A stretch of DNA of 64,000 nucleotides from Felis catus (taxonomy: Eukaryota), in NCBI RefSeq assembly GCF_018350175.1, contig NC_058368.1, forward strand, positions 114,020,001 to 114,084,000. The letters run 5' to 3'. Positions within the stretch are counted from its first letter, which is position 1, and every line of letters begins with the position of its first letter. The position numbers and the translations under genes were made by a program. Under the pieces are notes generated by a model. That model made no database searches. It was not told the DNA's origin and saw only the letters and a program-made list of their open reading frames with translations. Below, one piece after another: positions 12,331 through 25,733 of the stretch.

Positions 12331-13450
12331 GCCCTACTTAATTGTTTAAATTAAATTATTTAAAAATGAAGAAAAGAAGGAAGAATGTAAACAGGTTATA
12401 AATGAAATGGCCACGTGCAATTATTGCTAAAGAATTTTTAATGATAATCTCTTCAATTTTTGACATTCGCCATCCACAAGAAACTATTTGTGGGTAGGTA
12501 CATGAAAATTTTTAAATTTGTTATAAACATTCTAAAGTGAACAGTCCTATTTATAATTGTATCAAAAAGAATAAAATACCTAGGACTAAGCTTAACCAAA
12601 GAAGTAAAAGACCTGTACATTGAAAATCATAAGCTACTGATGAGAAAAACTGAAGATCACACAAATAAAATGCAAAGATATTCCATGACCATGGATTGTT
12701 AAATGTCCATACTACCCAAAGGAATCTACAGATTCAACATAATCCCAAACAAAATTGCAAAGATATTTTTCACAGAAATAGAACAAACAATCCCCAATTT
12801 TGTACGAAACCACAGAAAACTGTGAATTGCCAAAGCAGTCTTGGGAAAGAACAAGCTAGAAGCAGCATAATTCCTGATTTCAAACTCTATTACAAAGCTA
12901 CAGTAATTAAAACAGTATGATACTGGTATGAAAAGAGACACAAAGATCAATGGAATAAAACAGAGAGCCCAAAAATAAACCCATGCATATATGATCAATT
13001 AATTTATGACAAAAGAGCCAAGAGCCAAGATTATACAATGGGGAAAGGATAATCTCTTTAATAAATGGTGTTGAGAAAACTGGACAGCCACAGGCAAAAG
13101 AATGAAACTGGACCAGTGCCCCAAACCATACATAAAGATAATCTCAAAATGGATTAAAGATTGAATGTAAGACCTGAAACCATAAAACTCCTAGAAAAAA
13201 ACACAGAAGGCAAGCTCCTTAACATCCGTGTTGACAACAATTTTTGGGATTTGACAACAAAAGCAAAAATGAACAAGTGGGAGTACATCAAACAAAAAAG
13301 TTTCTGTTGATTTCATCAAAAAATGAAAAGGCAACCTATGGAATGGGAGAAAATATTCACAAATCATATATCTGATAAGGGTTATACAAAATACATAAAG
13401 AACTCATACAACTCAATAGAAAAAAACCCAATTTAAAAATGGGCAAAGAA

Positions 13451-13693
13451 GGGAGTCTGGGTGGCTCAGTCGGTAAAACACCCAACTCTTGATTTTGATT
13501 CAGGTCATGATCTCAGGGTTGTGGGATTGAGCCCTGTGTCAGCCCTCACTGGGTGTGGAGCCTGCTTAAGATTCCCTCTCTCCCTCTCCATCTGGCCCTC
13601 CCCCCACTCATGCCACATGTGCATGTACACTCTCTCTCAAAAATAAATTTTAATTTTAATTTTTTTAACTTAAAAAAAAGTTTTAAAAATAAT
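13451..13693 (+). mobile_element. Can-SINE inside L1
   Basis: TSD AAAAATGGGCAAAGAA at 13435-13450 and 13694-13709. Confidence 0.93.
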
Positions 13694-13794
13694 AAAAATG
13701 GGCAAAGAATCTAAGTAAAAATTTTGTTAAAGATGACATACAAATAACCAACAGGTGTTTGTTCAACACATGAACAGCAAATGAAAAAGTGCTC

Positions 13795-14015
13795 GGGGCG
13801 CCTGGGTGGCGCAGTCGGTTAAGCGTCCGACTTCAGCCAGGTCACGATCTCGCGGTCCCTGAGTTCGAGCCCCGCGTTGGGCTCTGGGCTGATGGCTCAG
13901 AGCCTGGAGCCTGTTTCCGTTTCTGTGTCTCCCTCTCTCTCTGCCCCTCGCCCGTTCATGCTCTGTCTCTCTCTGTCCCAAAAATGAATAAACGTTGAAA
14001 AAAAAAATTAAAAAA
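13795..14015 (+). mobile_element. Young felid Can-SINE
   Basis: GGTGGCGCAGTCGG/AGCCAGGTCACG diagnostic positions; TSD AAAAAGTGCTC. Confidence 0.97.
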
Positions 14016-14742
14016 AAAAAGTGCTCAACATTACTAATGATCATGAAAATGCAAATCTAAACCAAAGGGAGCTATCACCCCTCTCCTGTTAGAATGGCTA
14101 ATATCAAAAAGACAAGAAATAACAAGTGTTGCCAACAATGTGGAGAAAAAGGAACTCTTGAGCACTGTTTTGGTACAGCCACTATAGAAAACAGCATAGA
14201 GGTTCCTTAAAAAATTAACAAAAGAACTACCCATATGATCTAGCAATTCTACTTCTGGGTATTTATCTGAAGGCAATGAAATCACTCTCTAAAAGGTATC
14301 TGTACCCTAACATTCCTTGTAGCATTATTTATAATGACCAAGACATGGAAATAAACTAAATGTCCACTGATTTTTGAGTGGATTTTTTAAATGTGGTGTA
14401 TATATATACGGTGGAATATTTTTCAGCCATAAAAAGGATATTATGTTGAAATAACATGAATGGACTTGAGGGCAATATGCTAACTGAACTAAGTCAGACC
14501 AAAAACAAAACAAAACAAAAACACAAAACAATACTGTATAATCTCATATGTGGAATCTTTGGAAAATAACCTCAAAGATACAGAGAACAGATTGGTTGCT
14601 AGACAAAGGAAGTGGGGAGAGGAGGGATAAAACAGATTAAGGTGGGTGAAAGGTACAAATTTCTAGTTATAAGATAAATAAGTGCTGTGGATGTAAAGTA
14701 CAACATGATGATTATAGTTAACAATACTGTACTGTATACTTT

Positions 14743-17700
14743 AGCTCTTTGGTTAGGTGTATCCTAGGTATTTTATGGGTTTTGGTGCAATTATAAATAG
14801 GATCAATTCCTTCATTTCCCTTTCTGCTGCTTCGCTATTGGTGTATAGGAATGCAACTGATTTCTGTGCATTGATTTTATATCCTGTGACTTTGCTGAAT
14901 TCATGAATCAGTTCTAGCAGTTTGCTGGTGGAATGTTTGAGTTTTCCATATAGAATACCATGTTGTTTGCAAAGAGTGAAAGTTTGACTTCCACCTTGCC
15001 GATTTGGATGCCTTTTATTTCTTTGCGTTGTCTGATTGCTGAGGCTAAGACTTCCAGTACTATGTTGACTAACAGTGATGAAAGTGGACATTCCTGACAT
15101 ATTTCTGACCTTAAGGAGAAAGCTCTCAGTTTTTCGCCACTGAGGATGATATTAGCGATGGATGTATGTATAAATGGCTTTTATAACCTTGAAGTATGAT
15201 CCTTCTATCCCTACTTTCTTGAGGGTTTTATCAAGAAAGGATGCTGTATTTTATCAAATGCTTTCTCTGCATCTATTGAGAGGATCATGTGGTTCCTGTC
15301 CTTTCTTTTAGTAATGTGAACTATCACATTGATTGGTTTGTGGATATTGAACCAGCCTTGCATCCCAGGTATAAATGCCACTCGATCATGGTAAATAATC
15401 CTTTTAATGCATTGTTGGATCCAGTTGGCTACTATCTTGTTAATAATTTTTGCATCTATGTTCATCAGGTAAATTGGTCTATATGTCTCCTTTTTAGTAA
15501 ATTGGTCTATATGTCTCCTTTTTAGTGGGGTTTTTGGTTTTGGGATCAAGGTAAGGCTGGCCTCAAAGAATGAGTCTGGAAGTTTTCCTTCCATTTCTAT
15601 TTTTTGGAACAGCTTCAAAGAAGCGGAGTTAACTCTTCTTTAAATGTTTGGTAGGATTCCCCTGGAAAGCCATCCAGCCCTGGACTCTTGTTTTTTGCGA
15701 GGTTTTTGATTACTAATTCAACTACTTTACTGGTTATCAGTCTGTTCAAATTCTCTATTTCTTTCTGTTTCAGTTTTGGTAGTTTATATGTTTCTAGGAA
15801 TTTGTCCATTTCTTCCAGATTGCCCAATAATGGCATATAATTGCTCCTAATATCATCTTATTATTGTTTGTATTTCTGCAGTGTTGGCTATGATCTCTCC
15901 TCTTTCATTCACAATTTTATTTATCTGGGCCCTTTCCTTTTTCTTTTTGATCATACTGTCTAGGGGTTTATCAATCTTGTTAGTTCTTTCAAACAGCCAT
16001 TTCCTGGTTTCATCAATCTGTTCTGTTGTTGTCTTTTTTAATTATTATTTCAATATCATTAATTTCTGCTCTAATCTTTATTTCCTGTCTTCTGCTTGTT
16101 TTGGGTTTTATTTGCTGTTCTTTTTCCAGCTATTTAAGGTGTAGGGTTAGGTTGTATATCTGAGAACTTTCTTCCTTCTTAAGGAAGGCTTGTATTACTA
16201 TATACTTCCCTCTTATGACCACTTTTGCTGCATCCCAGAGGTTGTGGACTGTTGTGTTACCCTTTTCATTGGCTTCCATGTGCTTTTTAATTTCCTCTTT
16301 AATTTCTTGGTTAAACCATTCATTCTTTAGTAAGATGTTCTTTAACCTCCAAGTATTTCTTGTCTTTCCAAATTTTTCTCATGGTTGATTTCAAGTTTCA
16401 TAGCGTTGTGGTCTGAAAATATGCACGGTATGATCTTGATCTTTTGGAAGTTGTTAAGAGCTGATTTGGAACCCAGTTTGTGATATATTCTGGAGAATGT
16501 CCCATGTGCACTCAAGAAGAATGTGTATTCTGCTGTTTAGGATGAAATGTTCTGAATATATCTGTTAAGTCCATCTGGTCCAGTGTGTCATTTGAAGGCG
16601 TTGTTTCCTTGTTGACTTTCTATTTAGATGATCTGTCCATTGCTGTAAGTGGGGTGTTGAAGTCCCCTACTATTATGGTATTATAAATGAGTTTCTGTAT
16701 GTTTTGATCAATTGATTTATATATTTGGGTGCTTTCATGATGGGGCATAAATGTTTACAGTTGTTAGATCTTCTTGGTGGAGAGACCCCTTAATTATGAT
16801 ATAATGCCCTTCTCCATCTCTTGTTACAGTCCTTATTTTAAAAGCAGGTTGTCTGATATAAGTGTGGATACTGCAGCTTTCTTTGGGAACCACTAGCATA
16901 ATAGATGTTCTCCATCCCCTTACTTTCAATCTGAACGTGTCTTTAGGTCTAAAATGGGTCTCTTGTAAACAGCATATTGATGGGTCTTGTTTTCTTATCC
17001 ATTCTGTTACCCTATGTATTTTGATTTGAGCATTTAATCCATTGACATTTAGAATGAGTATTGAAAGATACAAATTTATTGCCATTGTGTTGCCTGCAGA
17101 GTTTCTGGTGGTCTTCTCCGGTCCCTTCTAGTGTTTGTTCCTTTGGGTCTTTTTTGTTTTGTTTTGTCTTTTCTCCTCTCAGAGAGTCCTCCCTAGAATT
17201 CCTTTCAGGGCTGGTTTAGTGGTCACAGATTCCTTTAGTTTTTGTTTGTCTGGGAAATTTTTGGTTTCTCCTTCTATTTTGAATGACAGCCTTGCTGGAT
17301 AAAGAATTCTTGGCTGCATATCTTTCCAATTCAGCACGTTGAATACATCCTGCCACCCTTTCTGGCCTGCCAAGTTTCTGTGGATAGGTCTGCTGCAAAC
17401 CTGATCTACATGTATAGGTTAAGGACTTTTTTACCCTTGCTTTCATAATTCTTTCCTTGTCTGTGTATTTTGGTCAGTTTTTGTTGAGTCTAATGGGAGT
17501 TCTCTGTGCTTCTTGGATTTTGATGTCCATGTCTTTCCCCAGGTTAGGAAAGTTTTCTGCTATAATTTGCTCGCATAAACCTTCTACCCCTTTTTCTCTC
17601 TTTGTCTTCTGATACTCCTATGATTCAGCTATTATTCCTTTTTAGTGAAACACTGATTTCTCTAATTCTTATATCATACTCTTTTGCCTTAGTTTCCCTC

Positions 17701-19653
17701 TTTTTTTCTGCCTCATTATTCTCCATGATTTTGTCTTCTACATCGCTGATTCGCTGTTCTGCTTCATCCATCCTTGTTGCTGTCCCATTGATTCAAGATT
17801 GCATCTCATTCATAGAATTTCTAATTTCATCCTGACTAGAATTTGCTTCTTTTATCTCTGCAGAATGGGATTCTAATCTATTTTCAACTCCAGCTAGTAT
17901 TCTTATTATCATGATTCTAAATTGTGGTTCAGACATCTTGCTTGTATCTGTGTTGGTTAAGTCCCTAGCTGTCGTTTCTTCCTGCTCTTTCTTTTGGGGT
18001 GAATTCCTTCATTTTGTCATTTTAGAGGAAGAAAAAGAATAAAATTAAAAATTAAAATTAAAAAGATTAAAAACAACACAAAAAATCAAATAAAGGAAGC
18101 TAGATCCTAGGTATGTTTTGGTCTGGTTGTTGAAAGAAGTTTGAATGAAAAAAAGGGAAAGGAAAGAAAAGAAAAGAAAAAGAAAATGTTTAAAAAGTAA
18201 GAAAATGTATACAACAAAACAGAATAAAATGAATTGGAGAAGATAAAATAGAATAAAAAAATAAATTTCCAAAAAGAATAGTAAAAAATTTTTTAACTTT
18301 ATATAAAAATGGAAAATAATTTTTTTTTTTCTTTCTGGATCCAAGAATAAGAAAGAAAAAGAAAAAAAAAGAAAACACAAAACAAAAAATGAATAGCTGG
18401 ACCAGCAAACAGAATGAAATTATATCTAGCTTCCCCTAAAAGTCAATCTATGAAGTGCTTTAGAGTCCATACACTAAGCAGGAGGAGAGACTTGTGGTGG
18501 TCCTCTAGGGCTTGGTTAGTGCAGTTTGACGATGCTTGGATAGGCTCCGTTTTCCACTAGGTGGCACTGCTTAGTGTAATGGGGTGGATTTGTGTGGTAC
18601 ATGTGCACGTGTGTGTACATGCACGGGAGAGGTGAAAATGGCATCACCCCGCTTCCAAGTCTCTAGCAACAGAACTCTGTGCTCTACCCACCAGCAATAA
18701 AGCGCCCACCCTCTGTCTCCAGCTTCCTTCCACTCCTCGCTTCTATATTGTCTGCGTCCAAACCATCAGTCTGCCAGGTGGCACCTCAGATGGGGTTGTG
18801 TTCCAAACCCCTTACTTCTGAGGGCCCTGCGGATTGAACCCACTCTGACCCTCTGGGGGAGGTTCTCTCTGAGCAATGGTCAGATGCCAGCTTGCCCCAG
18901 GAATGTTCCTGTGATCATGCTGCTGTAGAGGCTCAGAGGTTGTGACTGGATGCCAGCTTACCCCAGAATAAGTTTGCGGGATCTCCTAGTGGCAGCATTT
19001 CAGGGATTATTGTAAATCACAACACAAAACCTGTATCAGGTTTCACCGCACCCTGGTGTTTTCCAATACAAGCAATTGTGTTCTCTGGGGTCCGCTGGGA
19101 TCTTTGCCTGTGGGGAGGCCATACAGCCTCTACTAAATGCCCTCCTAGCAGAGTAGCAGGGGAACCATTTCTCCCTGTGAGGCCTGAGGACCCCTCAGAC
19201 CTCGCTGCCATCTCCTGGGATTCACCCTTCACAACACAGCACTGCTGGGTATTGGGCTGAGGAATTTCCAATGCTGCTCTGCCCTGTTTATAGAGTCCTA
19301 ATGATATTGAAAACCCTCTCCTTTCTCCTTTTCTTGTTCAGGTGAATATGGGTGCTTCCGCTCTTTCTCTTTCTCTCCAGCTACCTTCAGGGGGACTGCT
19401 TTTCCTGTACTCTCCCCCCTTTCTCTGTCCTCTCTCTGCAAATACTGCTCCCTACCCTCTGTAGCTTCTTTCTTTCCCAGTTCACCTCTCTGTGCCACTT
19501 AACTGCTGAGTTCTGTGGCTCAAGTTATGCAGATTATTGTGTTAATCCTCGGATCAGTTTTCTGGGTGTGAAAATGGTTTGATGTTGATCTATTGCATTT
19601 CATGGATAAGAGAGGCAGAGAACTTCCATGCTGCTCTGCCATCTTTGCCCCTC
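14743..19653 (-). mobile_element. Carnivore L1 with 5' UTR, ORF1 and ORF2 EN/RT remnants but no 3' end
   Basis: 5' GAGGGGCAAAGATGGC; ORF1 remnant (MQPRILYPARLSFKIEG), EN (LNVNGLNA..CCLQETH), RT ([17 protein letters not shown]); ends just after IKYLG. Confidence 0.93.
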
Positions 19654-19664
19654 AGAAATAGACT

Positions 19665-19860
19665 CTGTACTGTATATTTTAAAGCTGCTAAGAGAGTTAT
19701 CTTAAAAGTTTTAGTCACAGGAAAAAAAATACTATGTATAGTGATGTATGTTAACTAATCTTATTGTTATCATTTCATAATATAAACCTAGTCAAATTAC
19801 TATGTTGTACACCTAAAACTAATATAATGTTATATGGCAATCAAATCTCAAAAAATAATA
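19665..19860 (+). mobile_element. Older L1 3' UTR, right piece
   Basis: Continues the 14742 breakpoint: CTGTACTGTATATTTTAAAGCTGCTAAGAGAG... Confidence 0.85.
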
Positions 19861-19879
19861 ATATATTTTTAAATAGATA

Positions 19880-20985
19880 TTTAAAGAGAGTCTACCAAAC
19901 ATCCTGTTAAGTTCTGGGAATGCATCCCTGAATGAGTCAGACAAAGCCCAAGGGTTTTACAGTTAGTGGAGGGGGTGTTGGAAGAGCAGCCCAAAAACAA
20001 ACACAACCAAACATTAGGAATGACAGGTACTGAAACATAAATGACAACAAGTCAGCCATGTGAAGATCTAGGGGAAGAACTTTCCAAGCAGAGGAAAGAA
20101 CTAGTGTAAAAGCCCCATGGAAGAAAGAAAGCCACTGGGATGGATACTACTGACAGAGAAGAGTGGTAGGTAATGAGGGCAGAGATCTGGCAAGGGCCAA
20201 ATCACAGAGGGCCTCATAGGACATGCAAACAAATTTAGATTTTAAGATCAATAGAAACCAATGGAGGATTTTAAACAAGGAAGTAACATGATGTGATATC
20301 TTAAAAATTTAAAAGATGACTGGTTGCTATATGAATCACAGAATGTAGAATAGAGGCAAGGAAACAAGTAGAGATCTACTGTAGCCATCCAGTGAACAGG
20401 TACTAATGTTTACAACCAAGCTGGTATATACAAAAGAAAGGATAAATTCAAATACACTAGGGTGGTAGTGTAACTTGCTAATACACTTGATATAGGGTAT
20501 AGGAGAACAAGAGTAATCAAGAATGGCCCTTAGGCTTCTGACTTGTGCAACAAGGTGGACAACAATTCCATTTAATAAAATTTGTAAGACTGGGAGAGGA
20601 GGCAGGTCTTTGGGTGAAAACCATGAGTTTTGTTTTAGACATGTTAAAGTTGAAATCCCTATTATATATCTAGGAAGAGTCATTAAGTAAACAATTGGAT
20701 ATAGGGGTATGGAGATAAGGGAAGTGTCAGAGCTAAAGATAAAAATTTGGAAGCAATTTACACATAGTATTTAAAAACATAAGACAAGATGACATAGTAA
20801 GAGTGTATAGAAAAGGTATCTCAAGAAAGAGCCCTGTGACATCCAACATTTAATTAAGAGGAGGAAGATAAAGTAAACACACAAGAGAGACTGAGAAAGA
20901 GCAGCAACTGAGATAGGAGAAAAAAATAGGAAGTTGTGATGCCTTCAAAGCTAAAACAGGGAAGTGTTTCAAGAATGAGGGCTTC
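19880..20985 (-). mobile_element. L2 LINE remnant
   Basis: GAAACCAATGGAGGATTTTAAACAAGG, TTTTAGACATGTTAAAGTTGAAAT motifs; minus-strand peptide remnants resemble L2 ORF2. Confidence 0.8.
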
Positions 20986-20988
20986 TTA

Positions 20989-21490
20989 CTATCAACAACA
21001 ACCAAATTATGGAAAAAGCCCAAATGTCCATTGACTGATGAATGGATAAAGAGGATGTGGTATATATACACAATGGAATACTACTTGGCAATAAAAAGTA
21101 CTGACATCTTGCCATTTGCAACAATGTGGATGGAACTAGAGGGTATTATGCTAAGCAAAGTAAATCAGAGAAAGACAGGTATCATATAATTTCATTCAGA
21201 TGTGGGATTTTAGAAACACAACAGATGAACGTAGGGCAAGGGAAGTAAAAAAAGATAAAAGCAGAGAGGGAGGCAAAACACAAGAGACTTGTAAATACAG
21301 AGAACAAAATGAGGGTTGCTGGAGTGGAGGTGGATGGGGGGTTGGGCTAGATGGGTGATGGGCATTAAGGAGGGCACTTTTGGGGATGAGCACTGGGTAT
21401 CATATATAAGAGATGAATCACTGGTTTATACTCCTGAAGCCAAGACTACACTGAATGTTAACTAACTTGAATTTAAATATAAAAAAAAAA
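20989..21490 (+). mobile_element. Carnivore L1 3' end
   Basis: CCCAAATGTCCATTGACTGATGAATGG...GATGAGCACTGGGT, A tail. Confidence 0.9.
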
Positions 21491-21499
21491 TGAATGAAG

Positions 21500-21768
21500 A
21501 TTGCTGTAACAGAATACCATAGACTGGGTGGCTTGATGAGGGCCCTCTTCCTGGTGCACAGCCTTTTGCCGGTATCCTCATATGGCTGAGACAGAGAGAG
21601 TCCTGATCTCTTCATTCTCTTACAAGGGAATCAGTATCGTGATGGGGCTCCACCCTCATGACCTATATGAATCCTGACTACCTACAAAGGCCCCATCTCC
21701 AAATACCATCACACTGGAAATGAGGGATATATGAATTTGAGGGAGGATACAGACATTCAGTCTATAGG
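21500..21768 (-). mobile_element. MaLR LTR fragment (MLT1A-like)
   Basis: ATACCATAGACTGGGTGGCTT...AAAGGCCCCATCTCCAAATACCATCACA...ACATTCAGTCTATAG. Confidence 0.8.
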
Positions 21769-21779
21769 AGATTGCTATA

Positions 21780-22476
21780 ATATAAAAGATAACCAAATAT
21801 TGGTAAAGGTGTGGAAAAATTGGAACTTTCATACATTGCTGGTGGGAATGTAGAATGGTACACCACTTTAGAAAATTTTAGTGTGGTGTTTCTTTAAAAG
21901 GCTAAACATAGTTACCATATGACCCAGCAAATCCCACTCCTAGGTATTTTTCCAAGAGAAATGAAAACATATGTCCATGCAAAAAGCTAAACACAAATGT
22001 TTAGAGCAGCATTATTATCAAAAGAATCCCAAAGGGGAAACAACCTAAATGTCTATTAACTGATGAATGGCTAAGTAAAATGTGGCATATCCACACAATG
22101 AGATATTATTTGGCAATAAAAAGGAATGAAGGACTGACATACGTGGTATGACATGGATAAACTTGAAAACTCTTTTGTGAGTGAAATAAGTCAGACACAA
22201 AAGACCATATATTATAAGAATCCATTTATATGAAATGTCAAGAAAAGGCAAACCTACAGAAACAGAAAGTAGATTAGTAGTTGCTTAGCTCTGGGACAGA
22301 AGAGGGGGAAATGAGGAGTGATTGCATATAAGTACAAGGTTTCTTCTGAGGGGACAAAAATGTTAGATTGTGGTGATGCTGCACAATCCTATGAATGTAC
22401 TAAAAACACTGTATTGTATAATTTAAATACATGAATCATATGGTATGTAAGTTATATTTCAATAAAGCTGTTTAAA
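21780..22476 (+). mobile_element. Old L1 3' end (L1MB-like)
   Basis: CATATGACCCAGCAAATCCCACTCCTAGG...TCAATAAAGCTGTT terminus. Confidence 0.85.
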
Positions 22477-22486
22477 AGAATAAGGG

Positions 22487-22690
22487 AGGGGCGCCTGCGT
22501 GGCTCAGTTGTGCGTCCAACTCTTTATTTCGGTTCGGGTCATGATCTCACAGTTGTGAGATGGAGCCCCGCGTCGAGCTCCGTGCTCAACATGAAACCTG
22601 CTTGAGATTGTATCTCTCCCCCTCTCTCTATGCCACTCCCCCACTTGCACAAACACTTTCTCTTTCTCTCAAAATAAAACATTTTTTTAA
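22487..22690 (+). mobile_element. Can-SINE
   Basis: Head GGGGCGCCTGCGTGGCTCAG, CT tract, tail. Confidence 0.92.
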
Positions 22691-22694
22691 AAAG

Positions 22695-23140
22695 AGAGGT
22701 GTAACCTAAAGCAAATACTGCTGAGAGATTAACTGAGATTAGAATAGAACCCACTGGGTTGGGTAGGATGAAGGTGATTTGTGATGTGGACCAACGTTTA
22801 GAGGAATAATGGAGACAGAAGGCAAATGGGGTGGACTGAAAGGGAATGAGAAATGAAGTAGCATCCAAGAAGTTTTACTGTAAACCACTGCAGAGATGGG
22901 GTAATTAATGGCTACTGAGAGACATGGATAAAAAGAAGGTTTGTTTTCATAAGATGACAGACAACAGAGCATGTTTGTTGATGAGAATGAATCAATACAA
23001 AGGCAGAAACTGATAATGAAAGAGAGAAAATGTCTGTTGTTGAATTAAAGTCCTTGAAATGGGAATGGATTAAAAAGCACTAATGGAGAGGCTGGTGTGC
23101 ATTCATTTCAATGAGGAGGAGGCAGAGAGCCTAGGCACAT
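22695..23140 (-). mobile_element. L2 remnant (continuation)
   Basis: Purine-rich L2-like sequence continuing the 19880-20985 element. Confidence 0.6.
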
Positions 23141-23269
23141 ATGTCAGCAAACTTCACACGGTGTTAGGCAGATGAGAAAGGGCTGCGATCTTCTCCATGG
23201 AGTCTGAGGCAAGGTGATCAACTTAGAGTAAGGACGATGAAGTATAACGATTACATTGCTATAAAATAA

Positions 23270-24450
23270 AATTATCCCTGCCAAAACGCAGCAGCTCATT
23301 AGCTCATTTTCCTCACAGTTTCCTGGATTTTGATCTTTGCCCAGAAGCCAATTCTTAAATTTAGCATCATCTACTTTCTGAAGATGGTGAAACATTTTGA
23401 GACTACTAAGTCCTGCTTCCTTCATGTTTAACCATCTTTCCTTTACCATACCTCTCTTCTCTCAACATTTTACCATAAGCAGAAACTCTAAGAAGGAACC
23501 AGGCAGCATCTTCAACATTCAGCCTGGCAATTTCCTTAATTAAACCACAGCTCTTTGTGTACATTTGCTACTTTCCATATTAACACAGCTGACAGACAAT
23601 GTTGCTAAACTTTTCACTTCTATATATAAAGGATCCCCTTTCTTTCCATTTCCAGTAATATTTTTGTTACTTTTCTTCAAGCCTTTACCCACAGTCTCCT
23701 GAAAATCCATGAGGCTTCTTCAAACAGACTCCTCAACATGCTTCAATTTTTCTTTAACATTTTCCCCCAAAGTCCCTCCAAGCGCATTTTTATGTCTTTG
23801 TTATGGAAGAAATCCACTTTCAGTGACTGGGATCTGTAGTAGTTTCCCATGGCAAATTAGTCCCAAACTCAGCAGTTTAAAACAACAAATATTAATTATC
23901 TCATAGTTTCTGTGAGTCAAGACTTTGCAGCTGGCTTACCTGGTGACTATGGTTCAGGGTTTGCTAAAGTTTGTCACCAAGATATCAGCCAGGGCTGGAG
24001 GATCTACTTCCAAGACCACTCATCCACAAGGCTTTAGGCCGTTTCCCTCATCCTTGCTACATGGCCCTCTCCAAAGAGATGCTTTTTACATGGCAGTTGG
24101 CTTCCTCCAGGGTGAATGATCCAAAGGAGGGAGAGCAAGCATGAGAATCCACACTACTTTTTGTGACCCTGTCTCACAAGCCCTTCATAATCACTTTTTT
24201 TTCCAACTGTTTTGAAGGTATAACTGACAAATAAAATGGTAATATGTTTAAAGTGTACAATGTGACAATTTTATACACACACGCACACACACACACACAC
24301 ACACAGTGTCACTTCTTCCATTTCTTCCATATTACTTTGTTTGAAATGAATCACTAGATCCAGCCCATATTCAAAGGGGAAGGGACTTTGTTTCCATCTC
24401 TTAAAAGGAAGATTATTAAAGAATTTGTGGACATATTTTAAACCACCATA
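23270..24450 (-). mobile_element. MaLR internal fragment plus MLT1 LTR
   Basis: CCCAAACTCAGCAGTTTAAAACAACAAA...TCTCATAGTTTCTGTGAGTCAAG; ends GGACATATTTTAAACCACCA. Confidence 0.6.
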
Positions 24451-24840
24451 AGGAAGAAATTAAGAAGGCTTATAAAAAGAAAAGATGAGAAACAGCCATT
24501 TCTGAGAGTGGTGGGATCAATATAAGATTTCTGGAAAATTTAGTAGGATTTCCAGGAAGTTTGGAGTTCCCAGTTATGATCTGTGATAATGAATTAAAAG
24601 GATCAGTCAGCCCCCTAAATTTGTTGGCTAGGTTACATGCATCTATCACATGCTCACTCCTATTACTGCTTTTATCAGACAGATTTGCAGTATTTATTTG
24701 CTGTTTCCCCCACTAAATTATGAGATTTGCAGTGTCAAGGAATGTGAACTGTCCCTCACATGACAGGAATTCAAAGAATATTTATAAAAGAACTAAATCT
24801 GCTTCAAACTACTGCCTTTAGTCAAAAAAAAGAAGAGGGA

Positions 24841-25050
24841 AGGGAGGCCCGAGTGGCTCAGTCAGTTAAGCGTTCGACTCCAGCTCAGGTCATGATCTCG
24901 CAGTTCGTGAGCCCTGCGTGGGGCTCTGTGCCCACAGCTCAGAGCCTGGTGTCTGCTTGGGATTCTGCGTATCTCTCTCTCTGCCCCTCCCCCGTTCATG
25001 GTCTGTCTGTCTGTCTCTCTCTCAAAAATAAATAAACATTAAAAAAAAAG
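24841..25050 (+). mobile_element. Can-SINE
   Basis: Head, CT tract, A tail. Confidence 0.92.
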
Positions 25051-25299
25051 AGGAGGGAAAAGGTGGAAAAGAAAGCTGCAACAAAACCTAGAAAAACAGG
25101 AGGGTGAAAATAATAGGGTAGATGGGTGCTTACAGGGTCACAGTATAACCTGGAAAGAGAGAAGCATCAATAAACTTGCCAAAGAAATTAGTTTATTATC
25201 AACTGGCCCCCAGCTCTCTAGGTTTGCCACTAGATCAGATTCAGGCTAGCTCCACACTCCTCAAAATCCAGACTTCCAGCTCCAATTCTACCAAATTAC

Positions 25300-25733
25300 A
25301 TTCTTGTGTGTAAGAAGTCTGATGCCAGTTTCACTAGGCTAAAATTAAGTTGTTAATAGGTCTGCACACTTTTCTGGAGGCTAGAGAGGACAAACCATTT
25401 CTTTCTAGAGGCCACTCACATTCCTTGGCTCATGACCCCCTCCCTCAATCCACAAAGCCAGCAACAGTGAGTCTAGTTCCTTTCACACTTTTTTCACTGT
25501 CCCATCTACCTTTCTCCCCACTCCTCTTTCTCTCACTGTCCGACTGCAACCAGGAGAGGGGCTCATATGATTAGACTGTGCGCACCCGGACAATCCAAAA
25601 TAGTCTCCCTACCTCAAGGTCCTTGGCCTTAATCGTATCTAAAAGCACTTTCTGCCTCGGAATGTACCACATTCATAGGGCTGGGGATTAAGACATGGAC
25701 ATATTTGTGGAGGGTGTTACTCCATCTACCACA
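25300..25733 (-). mobile_element. MaLR LTR (MLT1D/E-like)
   Basis: TTTCTGGAGGCTAGAGAG...CATTCCTTGGCTCATGACCCC...GGGATTAAGACATGGACAT...CTACCACA. Confidence 0.75.

Larger units (their letters stand above)
12550..14742 (+). mobile_element. Older L1 (L1MA-like) ORF2 3' part and 3' UTR, left piece
   Basis: ORF2 remnants (IPDFKLYYKATVIKTV); 3' UTR continues at 19665 after a younger L1 insertion. Confidence 0.9.

Noticed and set aside
13763..14044. Recurrent MAQSVK / GAPGWRSRLSVRLQPGHDL peptides that look like a gene family
   Set aside because: All are reading frames of Can-SINE copies.
15468..15527. 28-bp tandem duplication
   Set aside because: Ordinary post-insertion slippage in a dead L1.
18045..18408. 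Phe-rich hydrophobic ORFs
   Set aside because: Low-complexity A/T-rich tract in the L1 5' region.
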